Assembly: GCA_032718475.1 (NCBI GenBank)
Contig: JAUCBJ010001232.1
Span: forward strand, 1 to 64,000
Length of the DNA: 64,000 bases
Source of the DNA: Nemertoderma westbladi
Taxonomy: Eukaryota; Animalia; Xenacoelomorpha
Reading direction: 5' to 3'
Below are positions 25,391 to 38,068 of this stretch, in pieces (within the stretch, counting starts at the first letter, position 1; each line of letters opens with the position of its first letter). Made by a program: the position numbers and the translations under genes. The notes below the pieces were generated by a model, which saw only the letters and a program-made list of their open reading frames with translations, was not told the DNA's origin and did no database searches.

Positions 25391-25789
25391 CGAGGTACTC
25401 CATCTTGTACCAGGGATAAAGAACACACTATTCGGGTCTTCACCAAACTCAGGTGCATGCAGCTATTATTCTTTCTGGCAACAGGCTAAGACAGTAAGAG
25501 CTTAGTAAAATAAGTCTACTATAAATCGAGACTCTGAATTTTAACTAGGTATTGGAAAATATCATGGTTCAGGCCTTTATCATGTTGGAAAATCTCCACA
25601 CTTTATTTTTCATAAAATCCCACCCGCTTTGATCACGTATGCTGCTTTACGCTAAAGAATAATCTTTGAATAATGCTGGAATTGTGCTATTGGAGACACT
25701 TACAATCTTTACTTATATTATTAGAGGGAAAGCAATGTTTGTTTTCTTCGTCAATTTAGTCCAGGTATTACGGCTCAAAAGTCCAGGCT

Positions 25790-26440
25790 CAAAAGATGGT
25801 ATGCTTGAGCATGTGGATGACTTCTGTTACCTGGGATCATGGATCCGGAAGTCATGTGAGGACCTTCGAATACGTAAGGGAAAGGCATGGGCAGCCTTGA
25901 ATAGACTTTCCAGGATTTGGAAGTCACCGAAAATTAATCGGAATCTTAAGGTCCGATTATTTAGAGCACCAGTAGTTCCAGTACTCCTTTATGGGAGTCC
26001 ATGCTGGGCTCTAACTGCTGAGGACACCAAATCTCTGGATGGCACATTCACAAGAATGCTACGCCGGGTTTCATTGTATCAAGTACAATGCACACATCTC
26101 CAACCAGACACTATATAACATTGGGGGTGTCTCATTGGTCCCCCAAGCTTGACACTAGAACGAAATCGCCTCCGCTTTGCAGGACATTGCTTTCGCCGTG
26201 AGGACCAGCCAGTGCATAACCTTGTACTTTGGCAGCCTCATGGAGTGAATAAGCATGGTGGACAGCCCATGACTTTCTTGAGACGCATCTTAAAGGACAC
26301 TGGCCTTGAAGATGCGGATGATCTAGCAAATGTCATGGGTGATAGGGAGTTGTGGCGGTGCAATTTTGTCGATAAGCCGGCACAGCATTCTTAAAAATGC
26401 AGCAGGAATGCAGCATGCCGATCCTTGCAGTAGTAGTAGT
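25790..26440 (+). mobile_element. RTE-clade LINE 3' fragment
   Basis: VDDFCYLGSWI, RKGKAWAALNRL..IWKS, LKVRLFRA, LLYGS, RLRFAGHCFRREDQP..LVLWQP, DRELWR. Short (AGT)n tail near 26428. Confidence 0.88.
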
Positions 26441-26499
26441 ATTACGCACACCAAAGGACTTATTTCCAGTCCTGTCCCCGGAACTATACTAACTACAGA

Positions 26500-26700
26500 A
26501 CACGGAACTATAGAGGAAATTGGTACTCATTAACTACCATTTGAGGATGCTCAATGCTGAGATGCGCCCTGCATGGCTAGTTCCTTTAAAGTATTAATTC
26601 CGAAACAAAAACTCCCCAAAACTCCGTGGATTGAACCCACGACATCCGGCCAGAGAGATGTGAATTCAAGGAAAAAGGTACTACTCCAAGTACTCTTGGT
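26500..26700 (-). mobile_element. tRNA-derived SINE, copy 2
   Basis: Minus-strand B-box GGTTCAATCC. GAACCCAC...AGAGATG.GAATTCAAG and TACTCATTAACTACCATTTGAGGATGC are shared with the copies at ~6000 and ~53500. Confidence 0.55.
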
Positions 26701-26781
26701 CCGTTTATAGGCCTATAATGAACAACGTACCCCCGCATCCATAGTGGTCAAATCGACCGTTGCAAACAGTCGATGCAAACA

Positions 26782-27363
26782 TTACCAAACCTGGTGATTC
26801 CGACACGATTCCGCTATGGACTGGGCCCGCAGTTGCTTCTCTAGAGTTATCGGGTAGATTGATCCAGCCTTGACCGTGGCGTCGTTGCAGAACAGCATGC
26901 ATTCGGTTCCGGCTATCCTCCCGATGCCGACTACGGACCCGGCGCACGGGATGTCCTCGCCTTCGTACAGATCGTACCCAGCCAACGGCGAGAGTTCCAA
27001 GAAGGCGGTCCCCGTGTCCAGTAAACGATTGACCCTCTCGCGAACTAACAACTTGCCCTGTTTAATGTGCCGTTGTTTCGCCTTCTCCCCTCCCCCGTTG
27101 CAAACAAGCTTTACCTTCTCCTTAAGATCGTCGACTACGACTTTCATAGAGGAGAAATTCTCCTCGTATATTTGCGAGGTGGTGTCCACAGTGTCAGGGA
27201 TAACCGTGAGATATCTACGAGACTCGACTAAACCTTTCCGTGTTAACATTCCATCCGGTAACGGTGATGTTTTCGTCAGTGCCACTGAACTACAATACGC
27301 CTTGCGATGACGCATTGATTTCAAACGAGATCGACAGTTTGGAATGTAAAGTGTTATACGCAT
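26782..27363 (-). CDS. MCCC2: Methylcrotonoyl-CoA carboxylase beta chain, N-terminal part only (truncated copy or first exon)
   Basis: YEENF..MK..V..L.E.V....GGGEKA..RH...GKLL.RERV..LLD.G..FLELS.LAGY.LY and GIGRIAG.ECM...NDATVK.G..YPIT..KQLRAQ.IA. Similarity stops just before the expected LPCIYLVDSGG. Confidence 0.8.
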   Translation of the reverse strand: MRITLYIPNCRSRLKSMRHRKAYCSSVALTKTSPLPDGMLTRKGLVESRRYLTVIPDTVDTTSQIYEENFSSMKVVVDDLKEKVKLVCNGGGEKAKQRHIKQGKLLVRERVNRLLDTGTAFLELSPLAGYDLYEGEDIPCAGSVVGIGRIAGTECMLFCNDATVKAGSIYPITLEKQLRAQSIAESCRNHQVW

Positions 27364-28028
27364 TTTGAATTGTTAATTACTATGCCTACATAGTCTTCTT
27401 GTGGTGCTGTTTGCGGAATGCGGATATACTACATGATTTTAGCCATTAAGTTAGCCACCAATATAATTTACTCTTTTAAAAATCCCGCCCTTACTAATCG
27501 TTATATTTCAACCAATGAATGTTGTTCAAATACTAATATTGTAATGGGGGGTTGGTTGGGGGCTAAGGATTCTAGTGTAGTAGTTAAGTTTCAGTTAAAT
27601 TTTCCATGATTGTGTAATATAAAGTTGTAATATTTCTTTGTATGGATATTATAATACCCAAGCAACATATTAATATTCACCGACTGAAATATATTCAATT
27701 TTACCGATTAATTTAACCAATTAAAATATTATATTTTATATAAAACAAGTAATTTATTAATTTTTACCCGCGGCCGCCGCCTTGATTGATATTTCAAATT
27801 CATACAATTTCTCCTATGTGAACAAAGTCATAATGTGTGCCACATATACATTTGAAAAATAGGCCTAAGTGTGTTCAAAGGTAAGGCGAGGTTGACTAAT
27901 CAATAAAAAATTGTCGTTCCCTTATTGAGACTTTTTTTTTAACCCAAATTGATTGACATTTGGTACACATGTATAGAATTGGTGGATAAAAAAATTTCAA
28001 AAAATGTTTTAATTTTTATCATAATTAA

Positions 28029-28408
28029 CATGGAAAGCTGGTCATGGAAGGATTCCAAATATGTAACGCAATTTGAATTTCGTTGGAAAATAGCTGAGAT
28101 ATGGGCGTTCAAATTTTGCATGGTTTTGCACCTATGCGAGGCTATTTTATTCTATTTAATAAATGCATCATAATCTGGAATATTTTGTTCATCCAAATAT
28201 GTAGCTGGGCAACAATGCATTACTATTCATTGCTATTCGTACATTTAAAACGTGTTCCAGAATATGTATTATTTATTAAATATAATAAAATAGCCTCGCG
28301 CAGATGCAAAACCATGAAACATTATAACGCTCATATCTCAGCTTTTTTTTCAACGAAATTCAAATTGTGTTACATATTTGGAATCCTTGCATGACCAGCT
28401 TTCCATTG
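28029..28408. mobile_element. Foldback/MITE-like long inverted repeat (~140-bp arms)
   Basis: ATGGAAAGCTGGTCATG.AAGGATTCCAAATATGTAAC.CAATTTGAATTTCGTTG... at 28030 is mirrored by ...CAACGAAATTCAAATTG.GTTACATATTTGGAATCCTT.CATGACCAGCTTTCCAT ending at ~28407. Confidence 0.85.
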
Positions 28409-30618
28409 GTACCAACTAACAGCTATAAGGTAGAAGAATAAAAATAAATATTCTGGCTCACCCAGTCAGTGGTCGGGAGGTGAAACTATCTCTGTTTCAA
28501 ATTTCATGCAATCTCATTAACATTTGAAAAAAATTAGGGGGGGGGGGGAGGCGTGTCAATTACGACACTATATTCTGTGACATGGTGTATATTGTGCTGT
28601 TATAATTTAATCTGCAATGTACAACTCGCGTTCAATATTTACAGCTTTAAGTGATATATATATTTGAATAAAAATATATACAAAGACTAGTATAGTTTTT
28701 CCCATAATATTTGGTATTTAAATATTTTAAATTCTAACTATTATTTGATTACAGGAAGTGTTGCCTCCGTTGTTCTTTCTTGGCGGTCTGCCCTGCTTGG
28801 CTTCCTTCGTTGTTGTCTGTCTCCTTCAGCACAACAACGACTGGGACCCGGTTGCCATGGCAGCGCAGCGACTGTGGTCACTATCTCTTGATTTAGTGAC
28901 AAAGACTCGATCCGACAAAAGTTCGAGACTATTTGACGAACAAACGGAATCTCTACTACCAACCTCGTGATTGGTTCGTTCAGTACTGTTTCTATAGAGA
29001 CTCACAGATTGGTTAATTTATTTTTTTTTTCCTTTCGATTTAACAATATCAAGTTTTTTTAACGAATATAACGCACTCTAAGTGAATTTTAAAACTTTCA
29101 CCTAAGAATATAATTTTACTATGTCGTGGATTATAGTGTCTTTTTGCAGTGGATAGATTTTGCAGAGATAGTTTCATCTCCTCCCTCCTAACTGGGTGCG
29201 CCTGAATTTTTATTTTTGCTTTTAATCTTTACTCTTTAGCTACAAGCGTTTAAAAAAGTTATCCGTCTCCGTTGATATTGTACCAGTTATACTGTTTTAT
29301 TCTTCAACCTTATGAATTTCTTTGAAAACTCGCCGCGTTCAGGCGTCCGAATGTTGCATGTTTTAGCATCTGCGCTAGCTGCTTCGGTTGGTCATGTATC
29401 GTATGTTTAAGTCAGTCTACTTTTCTTTCCGGTAAATACATTTTTTATTTATAAATATTTAATTTAAAGTTCAGTTAATATTTATTTTATTTATTTATTA
29501 GTGTAAATTTATTTTTATCGCCCAGTATTAATATTTGTTTCGGAACCAAACCATAGTGAGGCGAACGACTCTGCACCTTAGCATGCAGTTAATACTGGGT
29601 ACCTTTATTTCGTGTAAATAATGTCGGCCAAATGTATACAATTTATTTATTTTCGTTGTTATTTATTTTTATATCTTTTTTGTTTATTAAAAAAAAATCT
29701 GTAAGATATTTTCACAGAAAGAACCAGCTTGAAAGGGATACTGGACTTAGGAGAAACGAAATAGCTACAACTACGGAGAATCGGGAAGCTTTACTTTACA
29801 GTTTAGTAGCAATTTGTTCAAACTCCACCTTGTTGCTTGCTAATACTAATCTTTAACTTTAGGTTTCACTTGTGTAAAGGAGATTTTCTGAATTCTTTCG
29901 ATTCTTAATTTTTGAGTCGTGATTTTTTCACCCAGTTATCTAATTAATTATCTATAATTTATTGCGTGAAATAGATTAAATGTTACACTGGTTGGTGAGT
30001 ATAGTCCCGCTCTGGTCCCAAGCTCGAATTCTTGTCCCAGAATTAATTTGTGTCACTCTGTGTCGTTATGCTTCTATTAGAGCATAAGGTACACCCTCAT
30101 TGCCAATGCGATAAAATTATTTTAGAATTAATTATTTAATTAAAATTATTTCGTTTTCGTGTGCGTTGTTTGTGAATATTTAGTTAGAGTGTAATATTAT
30201 AATATCTATGTTACTGCTGAGTTTGTGCATTCGATTTGGCGTGTTAATTAATTTATTAAATATGTGTTGTTTATATGTGATTATTTTTTGGGATTTATTT
30301 GTATATTATTCTCTATTACCGTGTAAATAGATTTCAATATTGTTTATAACTATTTACTTACTTTTGTGTGTAAAATCGCACTTTTTTCAGATCCGTGTGT
30401 TTTGTGATACGAACGAACTTAGTGATTGGTAAAAAATAAGGACACGAGAATAATAACAAAGTAGTGTGCTACATACAGGTAGTATGAAATTGTTTAAAAA
30501 TTTTAACATTCTGAAACCGTTTTGGATGAATAAAAGCATGCTCTAAAAAACCTCCGAATTGACAGAACATCAAATTAGAAAAGTTTTTAATCTAATATCA
30601 TCAAATTACATTACAGCC

Positions 30619-30851
30619 AGTGGGGTAGGTGTAATAAAACGCGGATCCGGATCCGGATTCCAAAATTATCAATTAAGGGAAAGGAGCAGGTTACAGTGGC
30701 ACGTTATTTTAACCAAAACAATAAACTAAAGTCAATAGAACAGGTTATAGTTTTATTTTTGGGAGTTATAAAAATGTAAAAAAAAAATCGACTTCCGTTG
30801 GGACAATGTTAAATGTAGAATCCGGATCCGCGTTTTACTCTGACCCCCACT
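30619..30851. mobile_element. Small MITE
   Basis: Inverted pair TAAAACGCGGATCCGGAT (~30635) / ATCCGGATCCGCGTTTTA (~30820), with outer GTGGGGT / ACCCCCAC ends. Confidence 0.65.
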
Positions 30852-32866
30852 CAAGTCAAAAGTTATCCAAATTGTAGCGTTCTATGCACCGGTACAGTCG
30901 GATAATGTATAAACCTGTATGAAAGCTGTTTAAATACTAACAGCGATAAGTAGTGTTGAAATTGTGAAATATAATATTCGTAATTCCTAAATGAATGAAT
31001 TTATGGGTTGGAGACTCGTGTGGGGAGCACCAAATACTGCAATCTTAGCTAATCCAACTGAAAATCGCCTCTAAACTAGTACTCAATAGGATTAGGACTT
31101 ATTATAGACTCACAGGATCAAAGCAAGATAAAATGTAATAGACCTTGGAATACTGTTTTTTTTTCTTCCTTATTTGATCTTTTACTCTGTTTGTTTATGG
31201 TTTCACTTATTTTTGAGATTAAGTTTCTATTACGTTCGGACATTTGATATAAAATAAAATACATACCGACGATTTTGTGACACGTGTTTTTATCGCTCTC
31301 TAAGGCCATTTCCTCCTTTGTTTAGTTCTATTTGTGATCGTCACCGTGATCGTGATCGTGATCACCGTGATCGTGATGTATTTTTTATTTTCAATCCTTT
31401 ATGGTGTGACTGACTATTTCTCATACATTCTGTATAGTAAATTATGAATTCAATATTATTTGCTACTATATATTTTGGTATTTTGTATTATTACTATTAA
31501 TTTAATTTATATGTATTGCTAATATTTATTTATTAGTAGGTAAGTTATAATATTATTGAATTATTTTATTGATTATGTAGTTTTTATTAATTTGGTAAAA
31601 CATAAAGGGTCGCCTAGGGTCTATATCGGGCACCTCTTATTATTACTGGAAGTCAATAAATAATCTCTGTGGAGAACAAACTAATACTTGATATTTTCAT
31701 GTCTTTTAATATGAAACATAGATTGTTTCGCAGCCCTGTGTTTACCGGATAGCCAAAATCGTTTTCAGTTTAAAACTTTTTTTTAATAAAGTCTATCATA
31801 CTCATTTATCTTTGGCGTCTCCATACAATGAGCTACACACTATCGGTTAACTTGGAAAATGTTTTCAAGATAATATTTAATTATTCATATGGAACTATTA
31901 ATTGATGGTATTTTAAAGAAAAACCTAGTTGGTCGTATTATAATAACAATCCATTCACAAATAAAAGAACAGCGTTTTTTTTTAAATATTTTAGTTAGAT
32001 TTATAGATAAAAATCACAAATTCTAATTTTTTTATAACCAGTTTAGAAATAGTTATAAAACTAAATATTGGAAATAGATAATCGAAAAATATCAATTTTC
32101 TGCACAATTTCAAATTCAAACATTGATGAATTCAAATGTTACCAACATTAACCAGTCCATGTTATGCCATACCACCCACTTCAACTCATCGCTATAACAA
32201 CAAATAAACCTCATATTTGGATCGAAATACCCTCACATTTTGGATGTTGTTGTTTCTTTAGTCGGCATTGGTAATGGAAACCTCATCCACGATGAGGTGT
32301 CCATTCCGCGACAACTTCCTCGACTTCTTCCATTCTCACTAAAAAGTTGTAAATTTGGAAGGTTGCTACATGTGATTGGTTTGTTTCTGCCAACCGATTC
32401 ACTGACCGATGGCCTAAGATCCACCTGACGCCATGGTGATATTTAAATATTTTAAATATGTAGTACATTAATTTTCTACAGAAATCAAGTAGAATACAAG
32501 TAATACTCAGCAATGCATTGCCTTCAATGTTGATATTTTCAAAATTCGCCCTTCTAATTTGTCTTGTGGTACAAAATTGCAATTTTCTAATTTTTTTCGA
32601 TTCGTTTAACAATTTTCTCAATGAACATTTTGCTATTGCGAGCTTTTAACTGTCTTCGGTTGATTCCATTCCCTATCGTTTACACCGTAATGGCATATAC
32701 TCTGAATATAATAAATCATAATATATCTTTAAATTATAATCATTTATTGTACAGTAAAAAATAAATAAAATAAAAAATACTTTCCAAATTTTTTTATAGA
32801 ATATATTTGCATATATTCATTCGCATGTGATATGTGTTGAATATATGCAATATTTTCCAGCTAAAT

Positions 32867-34295
32867 CTATTTAAAGGTACTTGTAACTTTGTCCTCATAT
32901 GCTGACTGCGGTTCACTAAAGTCAATAACCACATGGGGTCGGTATTCATCCAAGTCCGTGGTTTCCACTACATCATCTCTATCATTGTCGAAAGATAAAT
33001 TATCTACACCACCAGCATTATAATCAGTCTCATCGTCTATAGTAACTAACTGACTATTTATCTTTACTTCGTCGGTCTGGCTATCTCCAGTGAATGTGCC
33101 CAACTTGGGAATAAAGGTACCACCCGCTGCCTCACTCAGTTTTATATTTCTAAAGTTTGTGTACATGTTTCGGTTCTCCGCAATTCTACCGTTCAGTTCA
33201 GACTCGTCAATGAATCCCACGAACCCCGTAGTTTTATTGAACCCCACAGACGTCTCCTCACGTCTGCCTGAGGTTCTCTTCATAAAGACTACTAGGCCGA
33301 TTATTACAAGTAAAAGTACCAATCCGCCACCGACCGAACTTCCGATTATTATTCCTAATATTTGGGGTTCTGGTGTTGACGCCTCAGTTGATGATGATGT
33401 TGAGATGAATATTTTTAATGAGGTATTCTCAGCTTGTGATGTTGGTGTGTTTGTTACGGAAGTGGTTGACGCTCCGGGTGTTGTTGATGTTCCGGGTGTT
33501 GTTGACGTTCCGGATATGGTTGGAGTTCCGGATGTGGTTGGAGTTCCGGATGTGGTTGGAGTTCCGGATGTGGTTGGAGTTCCGGATGTGGTTGACGTTC
33601 CGGATGTGGTTGGAGTTCCAGATGTGGTTGGAGTTCCGGATGTGGTTGGAGTTCCGGATGTGGTTGGAGTTCCGGGTGTGGTTGGATGTTCCGGGTGTGG
33701 TTCGATGTTCCGGATGTGGTTGGACGTTCCGGGTGTGGTTGGACGTTCCGGATGTGGTTGGAGTTCCGGATGTGGTTGGAGTTCCAGATGTGGTTGGAGT
33801 TCCGGATGTGGTTGAAGTTCCGGATGTGGTTGGAGTTCCGGATGTGGTTGGAGTTCCGGGTGTGGTTGAAGTTCCGGATGTGGTTGGAGTTCCGGATGTG
33901 GTTGGAGTTCCGGATGTGGTTGGAGTTTCGGATGTGGTTGGAGTTCCGGATGTGGTTGGAGTTTCGGGTGTGGTTGGAGTTTCAGATGTGGCTAAAGTTT
34001 CAGATGTGGTTGAAGTTTCAGATGTGGTTAAAGTTTCAGATGTGGTTGAAGTTTCAGATGTGGTTAAAGTTTCAGATGTGGTTAAAGTTTCAGATGTGGT
34101 TAAAGTTTCAGATGTGGTTAAAGTTTCAGATGTGGTTAAAGTTTCAGATGTGGTTAAAGTTTCAGATATGGTTAAAGTTTCAGATGTGTTTAAAGTTTCA
34201 GATGTGGTTGAAGATTCGGTCGAAGTTGTTGATGAGGCGGTATCTGCTTTGCAAATATCAACCATGAGTAACAGTAACAAGACTAAGGACTTCAT
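32867..34295 (-). CDS. Mucin-like single-pass type I membrane protein (~474 aa if the frame is restored), single exon
   Basis: Signal peptide MKSLVLLLLLMVDICKA (ATG 34295), Thr/Ser-rich TTSETL/TTSGTP hexapeptide repeats, TM segment ILGIIIGSSVGGGLVLLLVIIGLVVF-MKR and an acidic cytoplasmic tail. Four 19-bp units at 33675-33750 shift the frame by +4. Confidence 0.8.
33460..34215. repeat. 18-bp coding minisatellite (GATGTGGTTGGAGTTCCG / GATGTGGTTAAAGTTTCA), ~41 units
   Basis: Direct tandem repeats in two sub-blocks, encoding TTSGTP and TTSETL on the minus strand. Confidence 0.95.
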
Positions 34296-35170
34296 GGTTA
34301 TAATATAATATATATATATAATAATATATCCCTCAACACCAGACACTGCAGATATGTTGTGTAGAGAGAGAGGCGTACAGTATATACTGTACAAGTATGA
34401 CCTTCAACATGTAGACTACATTACATTCATAGTTTAACAATAAATAATAATAGTTATATTTTAATATATAAATTATTACAATAATTCATTCTTGTATAAG
34501 ATTATTATTTTACAGCTCTCGTCAAAATTGTAACCCTGGCATGCGCTTGAATTTTTTAGCGACCAACAATTTCATCTACTGTAGAACCCTAAAGGTCCCC
34601 CCCCCCCCCCCCCCCCCCTAATGTTAAACAGGAAATTGCTGAGGCAATATGGGAAGGCTTATCTCTTGGCTGTTACCTTTATGGCGCCACACTAACTACC
34701 AAAATTGAACACTTAGTAATTATCCCACCATTTTAATCCCCCAGGCCCCAGCTGAGGCCACAGGTTTCCATAATGATGATTATGTTTGGTGACCTCCGTG
34801 AAGAATGCGCGGTGAGATTCTTGCCTCGAATTGATAAGGTAGGCTACAATGCTGGTAACGGTACTTTATAAGCGTTGGTAAAATATATTTTATCTGCAGG
34901 TCATTTCGTTGGCCTCCACCTTTCATATAAACAACAGGCTGCCAAAAAAAAACAAGATTATACTACAGTAATTCACATTCTGATATATTCTACAGAAGGC
35001 TACAATAACAGTTACCGCCAAGACATTCCTGAAATGTCTGCCAAACGACACTCGTTTTGAAAATGGCTGATGAATTGGATATTTACATGGCTGTGGATGG
35101 ATGGGTTGCATTGTAGGCCTAGAGGCGCCGGTAGTAGTGGTGTGGGCCGGTATTTATGCACAGTATGTGG

Positions 35171-35560
35171 GGCGAGCTACGAAGCCAGGGCGAGCCTTAG
35201 CGCACAATTGTACTGTAATTAACAAAATAAGGCAAAATTTCCGTCTATCTGTCTTTCCGTCTGAAATGAAAAATTCATTTGTAAATAACTTTTGAATATT
35301 TTAACCATTTTCAACCAAGTTTTGTATGGGCATACTAGAGAAAAAGTTCCAATATTTTTGAAATTTACGGGAAAATATCTCTCGAACTTTTGACTCCAGA
35401 TCAAATCGAACTTGTTTCAAACTTGCTCGTACGCCTAGAGAGGATAGTGTCTTTAAGAATAAAATTACGTATCCTACATGGAAAAAAACATAGAACATTT
35501 TTTTTCAATATTCTCTCGACCTTTTTAACCTCGCTGGCACTCGACAAGTTATACTTTTTT
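35171..35560 (+). mobile_element. Helentron-associated non-autonomous element (HINE/DINE-1-like)
   Basis: GGCGAGCTACGAAGCC..GGCGAGCCTTAGCG, a CCGTCTATCTGTCTTTCCGTCTG microsatellite, an ATAACTTTTG...CCATTTTCAACCAAG core and a 3' CTCGC motif before a T-run. Confidence 0.55.
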
Positions 35561-35646
35561 CCCCATGTACTGTAGTAAATAATTATGTTTACCTATTGGT
35601 AACAAACAGTTATTAGGTACACGCTGTGTATAATATATTGATAGCC

Positions 35647-36733
35647 CAGGGGCGTATTAAGGGGGGTGCAATAGATAGGTGCAGGTGCACCCGGGCCACC
35701 GCCGCCAAGGGGCCGCTAGTTAGGTGCCTGCATCAATATGTAATCTGGTCAATTTTTAACGGAATAAGCCACTTACAAACCATATTGTTATTAAATCACA
35801 TGAGTTGATTCTATTGGTTGTGTGGCAACTGGAGTAGCCGGCTGGGTATTGGGGAGGCCTCAGATGTGCGGGCCTGGACAGCGTTTCCATCCAATGCTAA
35901 CATGTAGTGCAACTGTAGAATGTTAAGAATGCCAGTGAAACAAAATAGGAGGGCCCTTAGTAGTCAAACGGGAGTAGCAGCCAATGTCGTAAATATTCAT
36001 TCCAGAACCGTATTTATTTAACATGGGGTATAGGCCTATGCAGTTCATTAGTGGCACAGACAAGGAGACACATAGTATATTGAAGGTGAGTTGATTCTAT
36101 TGGCTGTCTGACTCGACGGCTGGGATATCCCAGTGAGCGTATACAATAGCAGGGCTTCCCTCTAATAATGGTATCACAATGCTATATACAGTACAGTATT
36201 ATACTATAGTAGATTATTTTTCGTGCGTATTAATCAGTAGTATTTCTTTCGTATTGTAACTGCAACAACTGTGTTGTTAATAATATTTCTTATAATTGTA
36301 TATATTTGCTGCTACTACATTTTACTAGTTTAATTATTTAATTAATTAGTTAACCTATTTTTAATTTATTAATTGGCTATTCCTATTTTAATTTCTACAT
36401 AAAATAACCGTATATAAAAAGTTAAAAAGAAGTGAAATTAAAAAAGTTTCCAAAAGTTATTATTAATTTATTTTGCCAATATACAAATTTATAATACAGT
36501 ACCTTAATTTTAGTTACTTATTGCAGGTTTTGTTACATTTTGTTTTATAGTTTCGGTTTGTGATTTTTCACTTTGTCGCACAAACTTCGAAAAAACCTCT
36601 GTTAGGTAAATACAGTAATTTTATAAAATAAGCAATGCATAACACAGATACTACAGGGGTGGGTGGGGGGGGGGGGGGGGGGGGGCATCAGTGGAAAAGT
36701 GCACCCGGGCGCCATGTCCTTAATCCGCCCCTG
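35647..36733. mobile_element. hAT-family MITE
   Basis: TIRs CAGGGGCGTATTAAGG / CCTTAATCCGCCCCTG, subterminal GTGCACCCGGG at both ends, exact 8-bp TSD TGATAGCC (35639-35646 and 36734-36741). Confidence 0.9.
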
Positions 36734-37865
36734 TGATAGCCTACCTATAATAAGAATAATTTTTAATTTCAGTTTATTAATGTTAATTTTCTATATATGT
36801 ACGTACACCTACATAAGACTTAATAGACCTACATAGAGTTTATAAGCGTGTAGCGTTAACATGCTATCTGTCAACTAAATGTAAAGTCTACATTTAATGC
36901 GATTATTAAATAAAGATTGGATTGGATTGATGTCTGCAATCTTATACAGTAATTAAGTCTGTCTGGGGAATATTTAAATCCGTATTTACAACAACTGCAG
37001 GCCCCAAAATATATACAAAACCACATAAAGTTCACAAGCGGAAACTATCGGAATACAGATTAGGCCTACCGGTACTTATTCGTTAGTAGGCCCTACAGTA
37101 GTACCGTCTACCTATATATATATACCTGCTGGCAGGTGGTATCTGTGTGGCAATTTACACTCTGGCCTACATACTGTACATTATACAGTTTGCAAGGCCG
37201 ACCAACCAACAATGAACAACTGAAGATAGGGCGCGCGCTATAATAAAAAATTATGGTTATACATACAGCGTTACTGTCGACATGACTCAACTAATTATCT
37301 TTATTGAATGCCAAATTTGTATTGACCGTTATCTCTAATGAATCAATGGCTGGGAATTTTATGAATCTTGGCTTTTGTTTAAGTTATTGGGGCCGATTTA
37401 GTGGACTCCATCAAGCCGACGATAGCCATACAGTATGTGCCATCGAATCAGTATCTTGTACTGTATATAACTGTATATACGTGTGGATTTAAAGAAATGT
37501 AACACCTATCCTACTCACTTTTCACATAAACAAAGGGAAGTGCGGCATGAGCGGCGATTGCGGCGTGAGATAACTTTATGTGAAATGTCATTGTCAACTC
37601 GAAATAATCAAAACATAAACAGATTTCCCCTGATCCTTTTATTCCCCAGCAGCGGCAGTCCCGGTAAACTGCAGACAGTTTAATTTCCAAGTATCAATAA
37701 GGTCGAAATGATTAAACCGAAATTGACTATTTAGGGAGCTAGGCCTAGTTCATGTAGGAAAGAGTTACCCTCTAAAGAATAATAACTATTATTATTCTTG
37801 TTCTTGTGATCTCAATTTTCTATATTCGGAGTATTTTTGAAATTTTAAGACAGTTTTTACTCATT

Positions 37866-38068
37866 GACCGATAGGTCAATTGGTAAACGCCTGACTTAGG
37901 TGTCAACGTACCGGGTTCAATCCCGGAAATAATACTGTACGAAATGTCAGAAGGTTTCATTTCAGATATTTCGCCCTATAGATGCAGTCTGGAGTAATGA
38001 AGAGTAACCACAATATAATGTACAAGCCTTCAATGAAAATTGGTTAAATGTTCCATTGAGTCAACCCA
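37866..38068 (+). mobile_element. tRNA-derived SINE 5' part running into the 59-bp satellite
   Basis: A-box-like TAGGTCAATTGG (37872-37883), B-box GGTTCAATCC (37914-37923) inside a CCGGG..CCCGG stem, then GAGTCAACCCAACAGCTG continuous with the first monomer. Confidence 0.6.

Noticed and set aside
28598-30458. Possible solo LTR (TGTTAT...ATAACA)
   Set aside because: Termini fit but the flanking 4-6 bp do not form a TSD and there is no second copy to confirm it.
31333-31378. His/Asp-rich (HDHGDH) reading on the minus strand
   Set aside because: Short hexamer microsatellite ending at a stop codon, with no supporting exon structure.
33090-34308. Plus-strand ORFs with (VVGVPD)n and (MWLEFR)n
   Set aside because: Antisense shadows of the stop-free 18-bp mucin repeat; the signal peptide and TM are on the minus strand.
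37866-37930. tRNA gene
   Set aside because: A and B boxes are present but no complete acceptor stem or cloverleaf; better read as a SINE head.
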